From assembly GCA_054661495.1 (NCBI GenBank), contig BAAFSQ010000095.1, positions 2,621 to 34,620 of the forward strand: DNA of 32,000 nt, written 5' to 3'. The DNA comes from Zygophlyctis sp. KS116. Lineage: Eukaryota > Fungi > Chytridiomycota. Position numbers and translations under genes: made by a program. The notes below the pieces were generated by a model. That model was not told the origin of the DNA. It made no database searches and saw only the letters and a program-made list of their open reading frames with translations. Shown here in pieces: positions 10,559 to 21,549 of this stretch (positions within the stretch are counted from its first letter, which is position 1; every line of letters starts with the position of its first letter).

Positions 10559-11629
10559 TCATCTTTTTATATCAAACAATCGCAAAGCGTTTTCTCCCAT
10601 CACTTTTAATACTTGTTCTTCATCAAAAGACTCTTTAATCGCATTCTTATTCATTACTACAGACATCCATTCTTCCTTGGTACTATTCTTTTGAGGAGGA
10701 AAAAATGGATGATCCGTTCCAAAGAGTATTCGATCAACACCTGCAAGATCTGAAACACATTTCAATGCATGAGGGTGATAACTTACCGCATCATAATAGA
10801 ATTTTTTCAAATATTCAGAGGGTGCCTTTTCTAATCTAGTAGAAACATCACTATAATCATGTGAAACACAAGAGTCTAATCTTCCAGAAAGAAATGGTAC
10901 AGTTCCTCCAGAATGAGCAAGAAGAATTTTTAAATTTGGGAGTCGATCAAATATCCCTGTTAAAATCAGCCGAGAAATAGCAATTGTAGTCTCAAATGGA
11001 AATCCTAAAGCCAATGGCAGTACGTGTCCATTACTTAATTCACCAAAGGTCTCTTTTGGAATCCCGTAATGCGGATGTAGAAATATAACTAATCCAGATT
11101 GTTCAATTTTAGAAAATAGAGGCTCTAATTCTGGATCATCTAATCCTTTCCCAATACCATGAGTTCCCATTATCACTCCCTTGATTTTTGACATTGTAGA
11201 TATCCGATCAATCTCTTGTATAGATCCTTGAATAGACAATGTAGGAAGTACTGCAAAGCCATACAAACGAGGATACTCTAGACACCAATTTTGTAAATCT
11301 TGATTAAGTAATCCTGCCATTTCTACGCTTTCTTCATCGACAAAATCTAACCATGGGTTCGCAAGGCTGACAATTGAAATGTCAATACCATGGGCCTTGT
11401 ATTAGACTATAGTACTTACATCCATAAATTTCATTTTTTCCAGTGGATCGTAATATTCTGGGCCAATTGGACGACCGCTAGAAGTTGAATTATCCAATTC
11501 TTCTCCTGGAAGGATTACAAGTCTTTCGATATTGCTGCTAGATACAACTTTTGGAACATTGCTTCTAGAACGTAGATAATCCATGTATCGGGGCAAGTAG
11601 ACATGCGTATGAACATCAATCACTAGCAT
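10559..11629 (-). CDS. Uracil-5-carboxylate (iso-orotate) decarboxylase, amidohydrolase_2 family
   Basis: Motifs: IDVHTHVY, RLVILPGE..GRPIG, MD|AHGIDISIVSLANPWLDF (24-nt intron 11396-11419), FLHPHYG, GHVLPLALGFP.ETTIA, AHSGG..PFL.GR, FGTDHPFF. Confidence 0.85.
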
Positions 11630-11658
11630 TTTTTAACTGAATACGTCATTCGATAAAT

Positions 11659-12045
11659 ATGGATGCCTCTGATTTGGAATCTAAAGCATTAAAGTCAATA
11701 GAGTTTCTACTAGAGGAATGGGAGGCTAATTATTTTCAGAATGAATTAGATAAATGGATATATTACACAAGACACAATTCTACAAACTTGAATCCCCCAA
11801 TCGCTAGTTATATCACAACATTCTCTCAACCGACATCTCAAAAACCAGTGCCTAGAGCCAATGCATCTGTAATCTTTGAGTACGATCATTCTAAGAAAGT
11901 ATTGTCATTCAAGTATGAGACTGGACAACTCATTCATAACAAGCAAACAGTAGAATTAGTCGGTAATCCTGTAAAAAGACTAAAAGAAATCATTGTATCA
12001 AAAGAGCAAACAGCAGAAAAGTATTCAGAAAAGCTTATTGGATAA
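11659..12045 (+). CDS. AKAP14/AKAP28-domain-like axonemal protein
   Basis: W.Y...Y...FSQPT.QKPVPRANASV.F...F.YE...LIH....L.EII..K resembles the AKAP28 domain consensus (recalled). Confidence 0.65.
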   Translation: MDASDLESKALKSIEFLLEEWEANYFQNELDKWIYYTRHNSTNLNPPIASYITTFSQPTSQKPVPRANASVIFEYDHSKKVLSFKYETGQLIHNKQTVELVGNPVKRLKEIIVSKEQTAEKYSEKLIG

Positions 12046-12054
12046 AAAATACAA

Positions 12055-13093
12055 TTATCTTTCAACTGAGACTGATTCGGATTTAGCATTTTCAGCAGTT
12101 ACAACTGTAATACACCTCCATTCTTCTAAAAATGAAGCTTTCCAAAGACGAATCTTTCCATCATCACCAGAGGAAGATAATACAGTTCCAGTAATGTTCC
12201 ATTCTACTCTCCATACAGGTGCTTCATGATCAAAGAAATCACCAATACAAGAGACTATATACTTTTTCTTTAAATCTTTATCAGAATTTTCTTTTAGTTT
12301 AAATATTCTGACATGACCATCTCTACATGCAGTTGCTATTAATTCAAAAGTACGTCCCATATTAGGAGCCCAAGAAATATCAGTGACAAGATCATTATGG
12401 CCAACAAGATTTTCTAAAGGAGTCCACTTGTTATAAGAATCCTTGTGATAAATTTTAGCAACTAAATCTTTTCCACATGTGACAGCTATAGAATTTGGAA
12501 AATATTTATGTGGACACCAGCAAATAGAATAATGTGCATCCAAGGATGAAACATCTCTTGATGAACAAATTTCTAATTCATCCTATTGTTAAAATTAATT
12601 GAATAATACCATTAAAGTCCAATCAGTAAGAGTTATTGTATCTAAAGCTTCGTATATTCTTAAAATACCAAATGAATCGACGCATGCCTAGAATTATTTT
12701 AATAAAGACAATTACAATTTTCAGGCCCATGAACTGTGGAGAAAATTGAACATCCTGAACCGGTCCCCTTGCTTCAACCATTCTACATTTTTCCGCCCAT
12801 CGTCTTCCATTTCCCTTCTTCTCTGCATAATTCTCTTCCCAAATCCTGACAGTCTTATCCATCCCACAAGAAGCAAGAACTTTTCCATACTCTGGATGAC
12901 TCCATGATAATTTAAGCACAGCTGCATCATGAGCCTTCCAACAATCATTTATAGACCATGAATCTCCATCCTTTTCTAATACACTAATCTTCTGATCCGA
13001 CGATCCTGATGCTACCATACTACCATAGTAATCATATGCTGTATCATGAATAATATCCAGATGATGTGTAGAAAATGAAGAAACTTGCGTCAT
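12055..13093 (-). CDS. SEH1: WD40 nucleoporin / SEA-GATOR2 subunit Seh1
   Basis: Motifs: H.DIIHD.AYDYYG, SSDQ.I, WKAHD, WSHPEYG, WAPNMGR.F.LIATACRDGHVRIF, VWRVEWNITGTVLSSSGDDGKIRLWK. Two short introns near 12583-12609 and 12688-12715. Confidence 0.92.
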
Positions 13094-13175
13094 TTCTCTT
13101 TTTGACAAGGTCAACAGGACTAGTGTCAGCTTACTGTTGAGGTGTTTTATTAAGATATCAATGATATCAATCATA

Positions 13176-13672
13176 TCAATCATTTCTAAAAGTTTCATGA
13201 CATTTTACCAGTACAGAATGCAAGTATTCCAAATGAGCTGTATGAGTATTATCAGTCAATGATCCCTTATCTATTCGAGCGCCATTCATAATGAGTGTGT
13301 TTGATGGAGTTTGATCAGGACCATAAAGATTATTTTTACCACCAATTACATTACAATCACCAATATTCATTCCCTGTACAAGAGCTATCATGATTAAAAT
13401 AAATTTTTATACGTACATTTTGGTTGTAAAACACAATCATGACCAATGTTAGAATCAATTACAGTACATCCTACTTGTAAATAAGAGTTTGCACCGATGA
13501 TCATTGGATCGTGGTGATTATTGATGAGCAGTGATTTTTCTTCAATTATACATCCATCTTCAATGACGATCGGCCCATTCAGAGGTTTAATAGAAACAAA
13601 AGGATGGATAACTACATTTTTACCTAACTTTAGAGGATGATCTCCTTGGTGAAGAGAACAAATTGTATTCAT
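13176..13672 (-). CDS. DCTN6: Dynactin subunit 6 (p27), left-handed beta-helix
   Basis: Hexapeptide repeats VVIHP...GPIVI...CIIEEK...MIIG...QVGC and C-terminal HLEYL..VL.K.H. 32-nt intron at 13385-13416. Confidence 0.8.
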
Positions 13673-13702
13673 ACAGTTGGAAATTTTACTTTTTTTAAAC
13701 TA

Positions 13703-14347
13703 ATGATTGGAATCAGATATTTCTCTTCCAGTTCTAGCGCAAGATCAATGATTGGTCGCCGATTGATAAAGTATACTAATGAAGTAAGCATTGATCACAT
13801 CCCAGCCAAACGGGCTACTGGAAAATCATCTATTAGTGTCAAAGGACCTCTTGGAAAGTTGGATCTTGAATTACCAGGTTTTGTAAACTTGCAAATCATT
13901 CCTCCAACTGAATCGGATGCTAAACATACCTGCCAAATAAGTGTAGCTGATCCAAAGAGTGCAAAACAGAGGGCAATGTGGGGAACATCAAGGGCATTAA
14001 TATCAAATATGATCATTGGTGTGCATGAAGGATATACAGTTCCTCTTCGGTTCGAAGGTGTTGGATACAGGGTAATTTATTAATAATTTTAAATAAAGGC
14101 ATCATTAGAAGATGGGAAACTGGTACTCAAATTAGGGTTTGCCCATCCAGTGATTATGGAAATTCCAGATGGCGTAAAAGTCACTGTTCCTGCACCTCAG
14201 AGAGTTTTATTACAGGGAGTAGATAAGCATAAGATATCACAATTTGCTGCAAACATACGAAAATTTAGAAAACCAGAGCCTTATAATCAAAAGGGAATCT
14301 TTGTTGGAGATGAAACAATTAAAAAGAAGGAAGGAAAAAAGAGATAA
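13703..14347 (+). CDS. MRPL6: Mitochondrial ribosomal protein uL6m
   Basis: Presequence-like N-terminus. Motifs: VKGPLG, QRAMWGT.RALI.NM..GV.EG, GVGYR|A (intron 14072-14098), LGFAHP, FAANIR.FR.PEPY..KGI. Confidence 0.92.
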
Positions 14348-15438
14348 TTAAAATAATTTACGAGACACCTTTCGATCAGAAGGTTCCGCAGATTCATCAA
14401 GTTTTCTTTTTATTCCCTTTTCTTCCTTGAGTGGTTTTGGAAGTCTTGACGGATGAGTTGGTCGAGGTGAAGCAGCAAAATAGTCATGCTGCAATACTTT
14501 AGAGGTATTGGGTCTTTTTAAAGGATCATAAGTAAGCATTTGCTCTAAAAGATCCAAAGCATCAGCCGTTGCAGCCGTGAATAAAGATTTAAGAGGAGTT
14601 TTTGGATACGTTGGTAATTCATGATAATCTGGTAAAGTTTTAATCCCCTAAATTTTAAGAAAATTAAGAAAAATACCGGCCAATTTTCTTCTGTAGGAGT
14701 TCCTAAAGCCTTTAGTATAACCTTTAATTGTCCTAAATCAGTTTCTGCAGCTAAATAAGGAGTTCTCAACATCAATTCTGCAAATATACAACCCATTGAC
14801 CAAATATCTATACCTGTACCATACTGATTAGCCCCTAATAGCAATTCTGGAGCTCTATACCATCTAATATTTAATTTTTTCTAAATTTACCTAGTGACTA
14901 CAGTTGGAGTCATTTTCCTAGCAGGATCTCCATATTGCCTAGCTAACCCAAAATCTGCTAATTTTAACACTCCTTGTGCATCTAGTAATAAATTGTTTGG
15001 TTTCAAATCCTAAAATCCATTAATATAAATTTCAATAGTTACCCGATGTAAAATAAATAGGGAATGAACGTGATATAACCCCTTCATTGCCATCAACATC
15101 CAACTTTTTATATCTGCAGATCCAAAAGAGACTGTTTTCTGTTTAATAATAGTTTCTAAATCACTTTCTAGAAATTCCAATACTAGATTCAAATTGAATT
15201 TTTTAGCAAACACCTGATACAATTTAACTACATTTTGATGACAAGTTTCCTTCAAAGTCTTAATTTCTCTAATCGCACTTAAATCCATTCCATCTTTAAA
15301 TGCTCCAACTTTAATTTTCTTTATTGCAACTGGAATAGATTCGACCGCTTCAGCTAAAAGTAGAGATCCAGAATATACAACAGCATAAGTCCCCTCTCCA
15401 ATCTTTTTCCCTTTTTGGATCTTGTCAATGGTCTTCAT
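14348..15438 (-). CDS. KIN28: TFIIH / CAK cyclin-dependent kinase CDK7/Kin28
   Basis: Motifs: [24 protein letters not shown]|DLKPNNL, DFGLAR..MTPTVVT|RWYRAPE. Introns at 15010-15042, 14864-14890 and ~14648-14676. Confidence 0.92.
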
Positions 15439-15477
15439 TGAGCAACAAAAATTTGTAAATTTACAAAAAAAATTTCA

Positions 15478-18083
15478 ATGGCAGAGACGGCCAAGACTCT
15501 AGGTAATTTATCATCGGATCCGGATTCAGAGATTTCAAATGTAGAGTATCTTACACTGCCGGGAAGGAAGAAACGAGTCTTGCTCTCTTCTATAAACCAA
15601 CGTGATAGGTCGGGAAGGTCATTGTTGTATAAGTGTGCGGGACAGGGACTCTCAGAGGCTGTAAAAGTATTATGTGAAGCAGGCGCTCAGGTAAACATAA
15701 AGGATAATGCTGGTTGGAGTCCATTGCATGAAGCCACTGTAAATGGTCATGAAATTGTTGTAAAATATTTACTAGAAGCAGGAGCAAATGTAAATTGTCA
15801 AGGTAATTTTTAATACATTTAAATTCAAAAAGGTGGGAATTTAGATACTCCTTTACACGATGCAGTAGAGTCTGGACATTTAGGAGTCGTGGATTTACTA
15901 TTAAGTCATGGTGCATCTTTAGAATTAAAGAATGAAAATAGTCAAACTGCAAATGATGTTGCTACTAGTCAAAATATAGTACAATTATTAAATGAATGGA
16001 AAGTTAATACAGCTAAAGTACTTACAAGATATGAAGATGGAAAGACTTTATTGCATAAAGCAGTCTCTAAAGGTTCAGTAGGTTCAATTTTGGATTGTTT
16101 AAAATATGGTTCAGATATAAATGCAAGGGATAATAGTGCTTGGACTCCATTACATGAAGCTTGCTTATTAGGAAATGTAGAAATTGTTCAAGTTTTATTG
16201 TTATATGGAGCGGAAATTCAACCAATGGCATTAGATAAAGATACCCCATTACATCAAGCATGTGCAAATAATTTTCTAGATGTAGTAAAACTTTTATTAG
16301 AATATGGTGCGGATCCAAATAGGGCTGATGCTCATGGAAGGACGCCAATGGATTTAACTGTATTGGATAGTATAAAAGAAATGTTACTGGCGCCAAAAGA
16401 AAATTATACTCCTCACAAAACTCCAAAATATCTTCCACGACTGGCAGAGACGATAGAAGAAGTTTCAGAGGAGAGTAAACAAGAGGAAATGACGGAAGAT
16501 GCATCTGTAATGAATGAAGATTTTAGGCCTGCTTCAGACATATCATTTGCTTCTAGTCGAGAAGAAAGAAAATTTCAGGCTCTATTAAAGAAATTGGCAC
16601 AAAATGAAGAAAAGTCTTCAACAAAATCAGGAAACAAGGATCCAAAGAGATTTAGGAAATTTGAAGATGATTTTTATTCCAGTTCTTCAGACTCTGAAAA
16701 TATTTTTAATATGATGAGTAAGAAATCAAAGAATCAAGGTATGTTAATTTATTTTAATTTCAAGAAATGCCCAAATCTGCTTCTCCGGAAAAAAAGCTTT
16801 ATACAGGAAAACCAAGGGGAAGAAAACCAAAAAATGCATCTATCGGAAGTAGTACTGAAGTAGATGCTATTATTCTTGGTGATGCATCAGAGTCCAAACC
16901 AGAAGGTTCTCCAAGACGTGGCCGCCCACCCAAAAATCCATCTCAAATAGGAAGGCCTCGGAAACAAAATTCTGTTGATTTAGACTCTCAAGCAGTACAA
17001 AACGATGAAACAGAATCTAATGAAACAAGAGAAGAGTATCCGGATGTAAATACAGAGATTAAAGTTGAATCAAGTCCCAAAAAGCGTGGTAGAAAGCCAA
17101 AAAGTTGGCATATTCAAAATCAAAAACTAGAGCAGCAAAGACAACTTGAAAAGCTCAACTCTGAAAATAACAATCCCATAAATTTTGATTCACAAACTCA
17201 AGAGATAAAATCAGTTACTTTAGCAAAAAGCCAAAATCAAGAAGAAATTGTGAAAAAAGAAGTGGAATCTAACTCTCATAAAATAGCAGAGGTACAAGTC
17301 ACATCTCAGCCACCAGTCTCTGCTCCTGTAGTAAATATTCATAGAGGACCTGTTTTTGTAAAATCACCTCCTGCACCTGTATTTGTATCTCCAGTAATTA
17401 GGAAAAAAGCAAAGAAAAAATCATGGGTAATCTCTGGATATCAAAGTCTAGAATCACCTCATGATCATCAAATTGATAATATGGAGTTTATTGAGGAAGA
17501 AAGTTCACAAGCTATTCACGAAGATGTAAATTTGTCTCAACCTATCAATCATAATAATCCTTTACAGACATTTTACAAAAAGAATTGTCTTCCATTGTAT
17601 ATAATCACTCTACCTTCTTCCCAATCTCGTTATTTTTTGGATATTCAGCTAGGTCTATTTCTTCAATACTCATCTGGGCGTATATTTTTAGACTCAAATC
17701 CAGGTCTTTTAACAAGAATTGCAGCAACTGCAGAAAAACAATATTTGGAACAGTCTGCTGTTTCAGAAACAATCTATAATTCTATGCTCAATGCAAATGA
17801 ATCTGCGGCTAGATGGATCAAGACAGTGCCATTACGTGCAGGACATGTAGGACTCAAAATGACTGATTTAGACATTCACTTTGTTAGAGAAGAAGATGTT
17901 AGGAGCCGTCTTAATCCCAGAATAGAAGAGCTACAACATGAGTTGGAAGGAGATCAAGTCAAATTCTTTGATGATATCTTCATTGGTGGAAAAGAAGAAA
18001 TTGGTCATGATAGGAGGAATTTAAAAAAATCGCCACCAGCTGGCGGCTACGTCCATAAATTAAAACGACATGCGAACAAGTAA
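15478..18083 (+). CDS. Ankyrin-repeat nuclear protein with AT-hooks (Hos4/ANKRD-like chromatin factor)
   Basis: Two blocks of ankyrin repeats (DNAGWSPLHEA, DTPLHDA, DNSAWTPLHEA, DTPLHQA). AT-hooks KPRGRKPK, RRGRPPK, GRPRK, KKRGRKPK. Introns at 15803-15832 and 16739-16764. Confidence 0.8.
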
Positions 18084-19878
18084 AAATGGCAGGAAATCCA
18101 ATAAAAGGAAGGTAGATTTTGTTTTTGATGAAGTAATTGATTCCTTTGATGAGATTCCTCAAGTTAGTGTAACTTTAAAGTAATATTTATTTAAAGGGAC
18201 TTTGGGTCGATCGTTATTCGCCAATTTCAACGGTAAACCCGACGCTCAATTGACCATAGGCTGAACTCTCTGTACATAAGAAAAAAGTAGATGCCGTAAG
18301 AAATCTATTAAGCGATGCATTTGATAAATGTCAGAAAAGATTGCCCGTAAGTTGCTAAATTAACGGTAGGGATTTAAAATAATCGTACTCAAAGGACCAT
18401 CGGGAGTGGGGAAAATGTCGACACTAAGATGTCTCGGGAGAGAAATGGGTTTTACGATTCATGAATGGATTGATCAAACAACCTTATTTTCAACAATATC
18501 TGATGAAAATGCACGTATGTCCAGATTTTTAATGTTTCAGGTCCATCAGCTTCCAAATCTACATTATTCAAGGAATATTTGCGGTCTGCATTTACAAACA
18601 AGTTACGGTATGGAAATAATGAAGAAGCATTGTCTACAAACGCTGCCCAAAAAAGGTTATTGGTTGTAAAAGACTTGCCGAATTTATCTAATGCAATGAG
18701 CAAGAGTGCTTTTCATGAAAATATTATTGAATTTACTCAATATGCAAAGATTCCATTGGTTTTTATATTAACTGATATGAAATCTCATTCATTTTCAAAA
18801 AGTGAACTGCATAGCTACGATGAATTAATATCACTAAACTCTGTACTTCCACAATCTATTAGAAATTCAAAATTTTATGCACAAATCAATTTTAATGTGA
18901 CTGCTCCTTCTATTCTACTAAAAGCTTTAAAAAGAATAGTGGCTTTAGAATACCGTCGTGGTAAAAAGGGACCTACTGCAGAGCAATTGGAATATTTATC
19001 TAATTTAGGAGATATCAGGAAAGCTATAAATCATTTGCAATTTCGGACATTCCAACCACTTATTAAAAGTAAAGGAAAGAAAATGTATTTATAATATTTT
19101 TATAATATTTTAGCCTTGGCCAAGAGCCGTCTGCTGTATTATTTCATGCACTTGGTAAATTATTACGCAATAAGAGTATTTTCTTTTTGTAGTGATTATC
19201 ATAGGAGAAAAAGAACTGATTTATAATCTCCCTGGACATTTAAAACATCATACAAGAAAAGAATGGAATGATGGCATACAACCAGAGCAACTTATTACTC
19301 TAGGTCATTTAGAATCGGACATGGTTTCCTTATTCCTCCAAGAAAATTACCCTACATACTACACTTCAATTGATGATATTGAAAGTCTTACGGACTATAT
19401 GAGCTTTGCAGATTTATTTTCTGTATTTAAAGTTCGAAATATCTTGGAACCATATGAAATCTCAATCATGATGCGATCTATATTATTTTGCAATCAATCA
19501 GAATCAATTCAATCGATTGGATTTCAAAAGCATTTTAAGCCTCAAACATGGGATTGCTGGAGAAAGTCACAATCTTTAAATGTCAAAATACGGGATAAAT
19601 TTATGGACAGACAGGAACGGTGTAGTTTCTCCAGTATGTCTCAGCTGCAACTTCCGTATGAATGCCTAATAAATCCAGGATCTAAATACAAAGAATTGGC
19701 AACAGAATTGAATTATTTTCCTACCAGACGCAAAAATATTCAATTTTCTGGTCAAATTGTTGAAGATGATGAAGACTTGATGATTGGAAATGACTATCGG
19801 CTTAATTATCCTTCAATCAAACAGCATAGTAACGTGAACACATGCAGTTGGCTTGTTGAAGATGAAATAATTGACTGA
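18070..19878 (+). CDS. RAD17: Checkpoint clamp loader Rad17/Rad24
   Basis: Motifs: LWVDRYSP.. |ELSVHKKKV, Walker A GPSGVGK, VKDLPN, INFN, GDIR.AIN.LQF, LFHALGKLL.NK, LFLQENY. Introns at 18169-18196, 18233-18259, 18347-18369, 18515-18540, 19085-19113, 19176-19204. Start 18070 is inferred from frame. Confidence 0.88.
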
Positions 19879-19922
19879 TAATTTTTAAGTTGTGATTAAC
19901 AGAGTTCCTTGACGCATGTCCT

Positions 19923-21537
19923 ATGAAATACGCTTCTACTCGTTCTTGCTCAGGCGATCAACTATCCTTTGAAGAGGCGGTGATAGAGGGTCTGGCTCCA
20001 GATGGGGGGCTTTATGTTCCTGTTGCCTTTCCTCGTTTAAGTGATCAAGAGGTTGAATCTTGGAGAGATTTTTCATTTCAAGAAATTGCCTTTAGCCTCT
20101 TTAGGAAATTCATTGATCAAGAGGAAATATCTGATATTGAATTGAAATTGATTGTTGAAAAGTCTTTTGCTACATTTTCAAGTCCAAAGGTCACGCCATT
20201 GGTCAAATTGTCTGAAAATCTTTGGATTCTTGAATTGTTCCATGGGCCGACATTTGCATTCAAAGATGTTGCTTTACAAGTTCTAGGAAATTTGTTTGAG
20301 TTCTTTTTAATGCGAAAGGAAAATGCCATTCTGAATATTATTGGTGCCACATCAGGTACGTAAAATTACTTAAACCAAGGTGATACTGGAGGCGCTGCTA
20401 TATACGGTCTTAGAGGGAAAAAGGGAATACAAGCATTTATTTTACATCCATTGAATCGTATTTCACCGATTCAGGAATTGCAAATGACAACTGTATTGGA
20501 TGCTAATGTCCATAACGTGGCGGTGGATGGTACATTTGATGATTGTCAAGAAATTGTCAAAAACTTATTTTCTGACAGAGATTTTAAAAAGAAATACTCC
20601 CTTGGTGCAGTAAACTCTATTAATTGGGCAAGAATAATGGCGCAAATGTCTTATTATTTCTTTTCTTATTTTGAAATTCAGAGACTGATGGGGAATAACC
20701 CAATGAATTCAGATTTAAAAATTGCGTACAGGTATATTCTTAATATTTTTAATTAATTGTGTGCCGACAGGAAATTTTGGTGACATTTTAGCTGGTTTTT
20801 ATGCAAAGGAGTTGGGTCTTCCAATTCATCAGCTTATTATTGCTACAAATGAAAATGACATTCTTTATAGATTTATGCAAACTGGAAATTATGAAAAATT
20901 GACAAAGGAATCTGGGTTTGAAGATGTTAAACAGACTCTTAGTCCGGCTATGGATATATTGATCAGTTCAAATTTTGAAAGGTTGCTACATCACTTGTTG
21001 ACTAAACTTTATGATTCTTTTAAAAAGGCTTCTGAAATTATTATTCAGTATATGATTGATTTGAAAAAGAATGGATGTTTTACCGTGTCTCCAGAATTAC
21101 TAAAGTCAGTTAGATCCCATTTTGTGGCAAATCGTTGTACGGATTCTGAAACGCTCGATACGATTCGCCGTTATTATCATTTGCTTAATGAAGACTCTCC
21201 TGATCAAACAAAGTATGTTTTGGATCCCCACACAGCTGTAGGAGTCATGGCAGCAGAGGCAAACATGAAAAACACCCAAAAACCCTCTCAGATGATTGTT
21301 TTAGGTACTGCATCCCCTGGAAAGTTTCCTAGTGCCGTTATTACTGCAATCAATGATTCACCACCTTCCAAATCAATCTCTACTGGATTTTCTCCAATTT
21401 CTCTAAAGGATTTTGCCCCAGAGCAACTTGTAAATTTGGAAGGTCTTCCAAAGAGATGCATTCAAATACGGACTAATGGGGATTTTGCAAAATCTATCTC
21501 ACAAGTACGTGGAGTGATTGAACAGATTTTAAAATAG
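19923..21537 (+). CDS. THR4: Threonine synthase
   Basis: Motifs: MKY.STR, GLAPDGGLYVP, ELFHGPTFAFKD (PLP lysine), ATS|GDTG, GTFDDCQ, VNSINWARI, VPTGNFGDILAG, SPAMDI..SSNFER, DPHTAVG. Introns at 20356-20379 and 20732-20759; the latter has a non-AG acceptor. Confidence 0.93.
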
Positions 21538-21549
21538 TTTAACATTATT

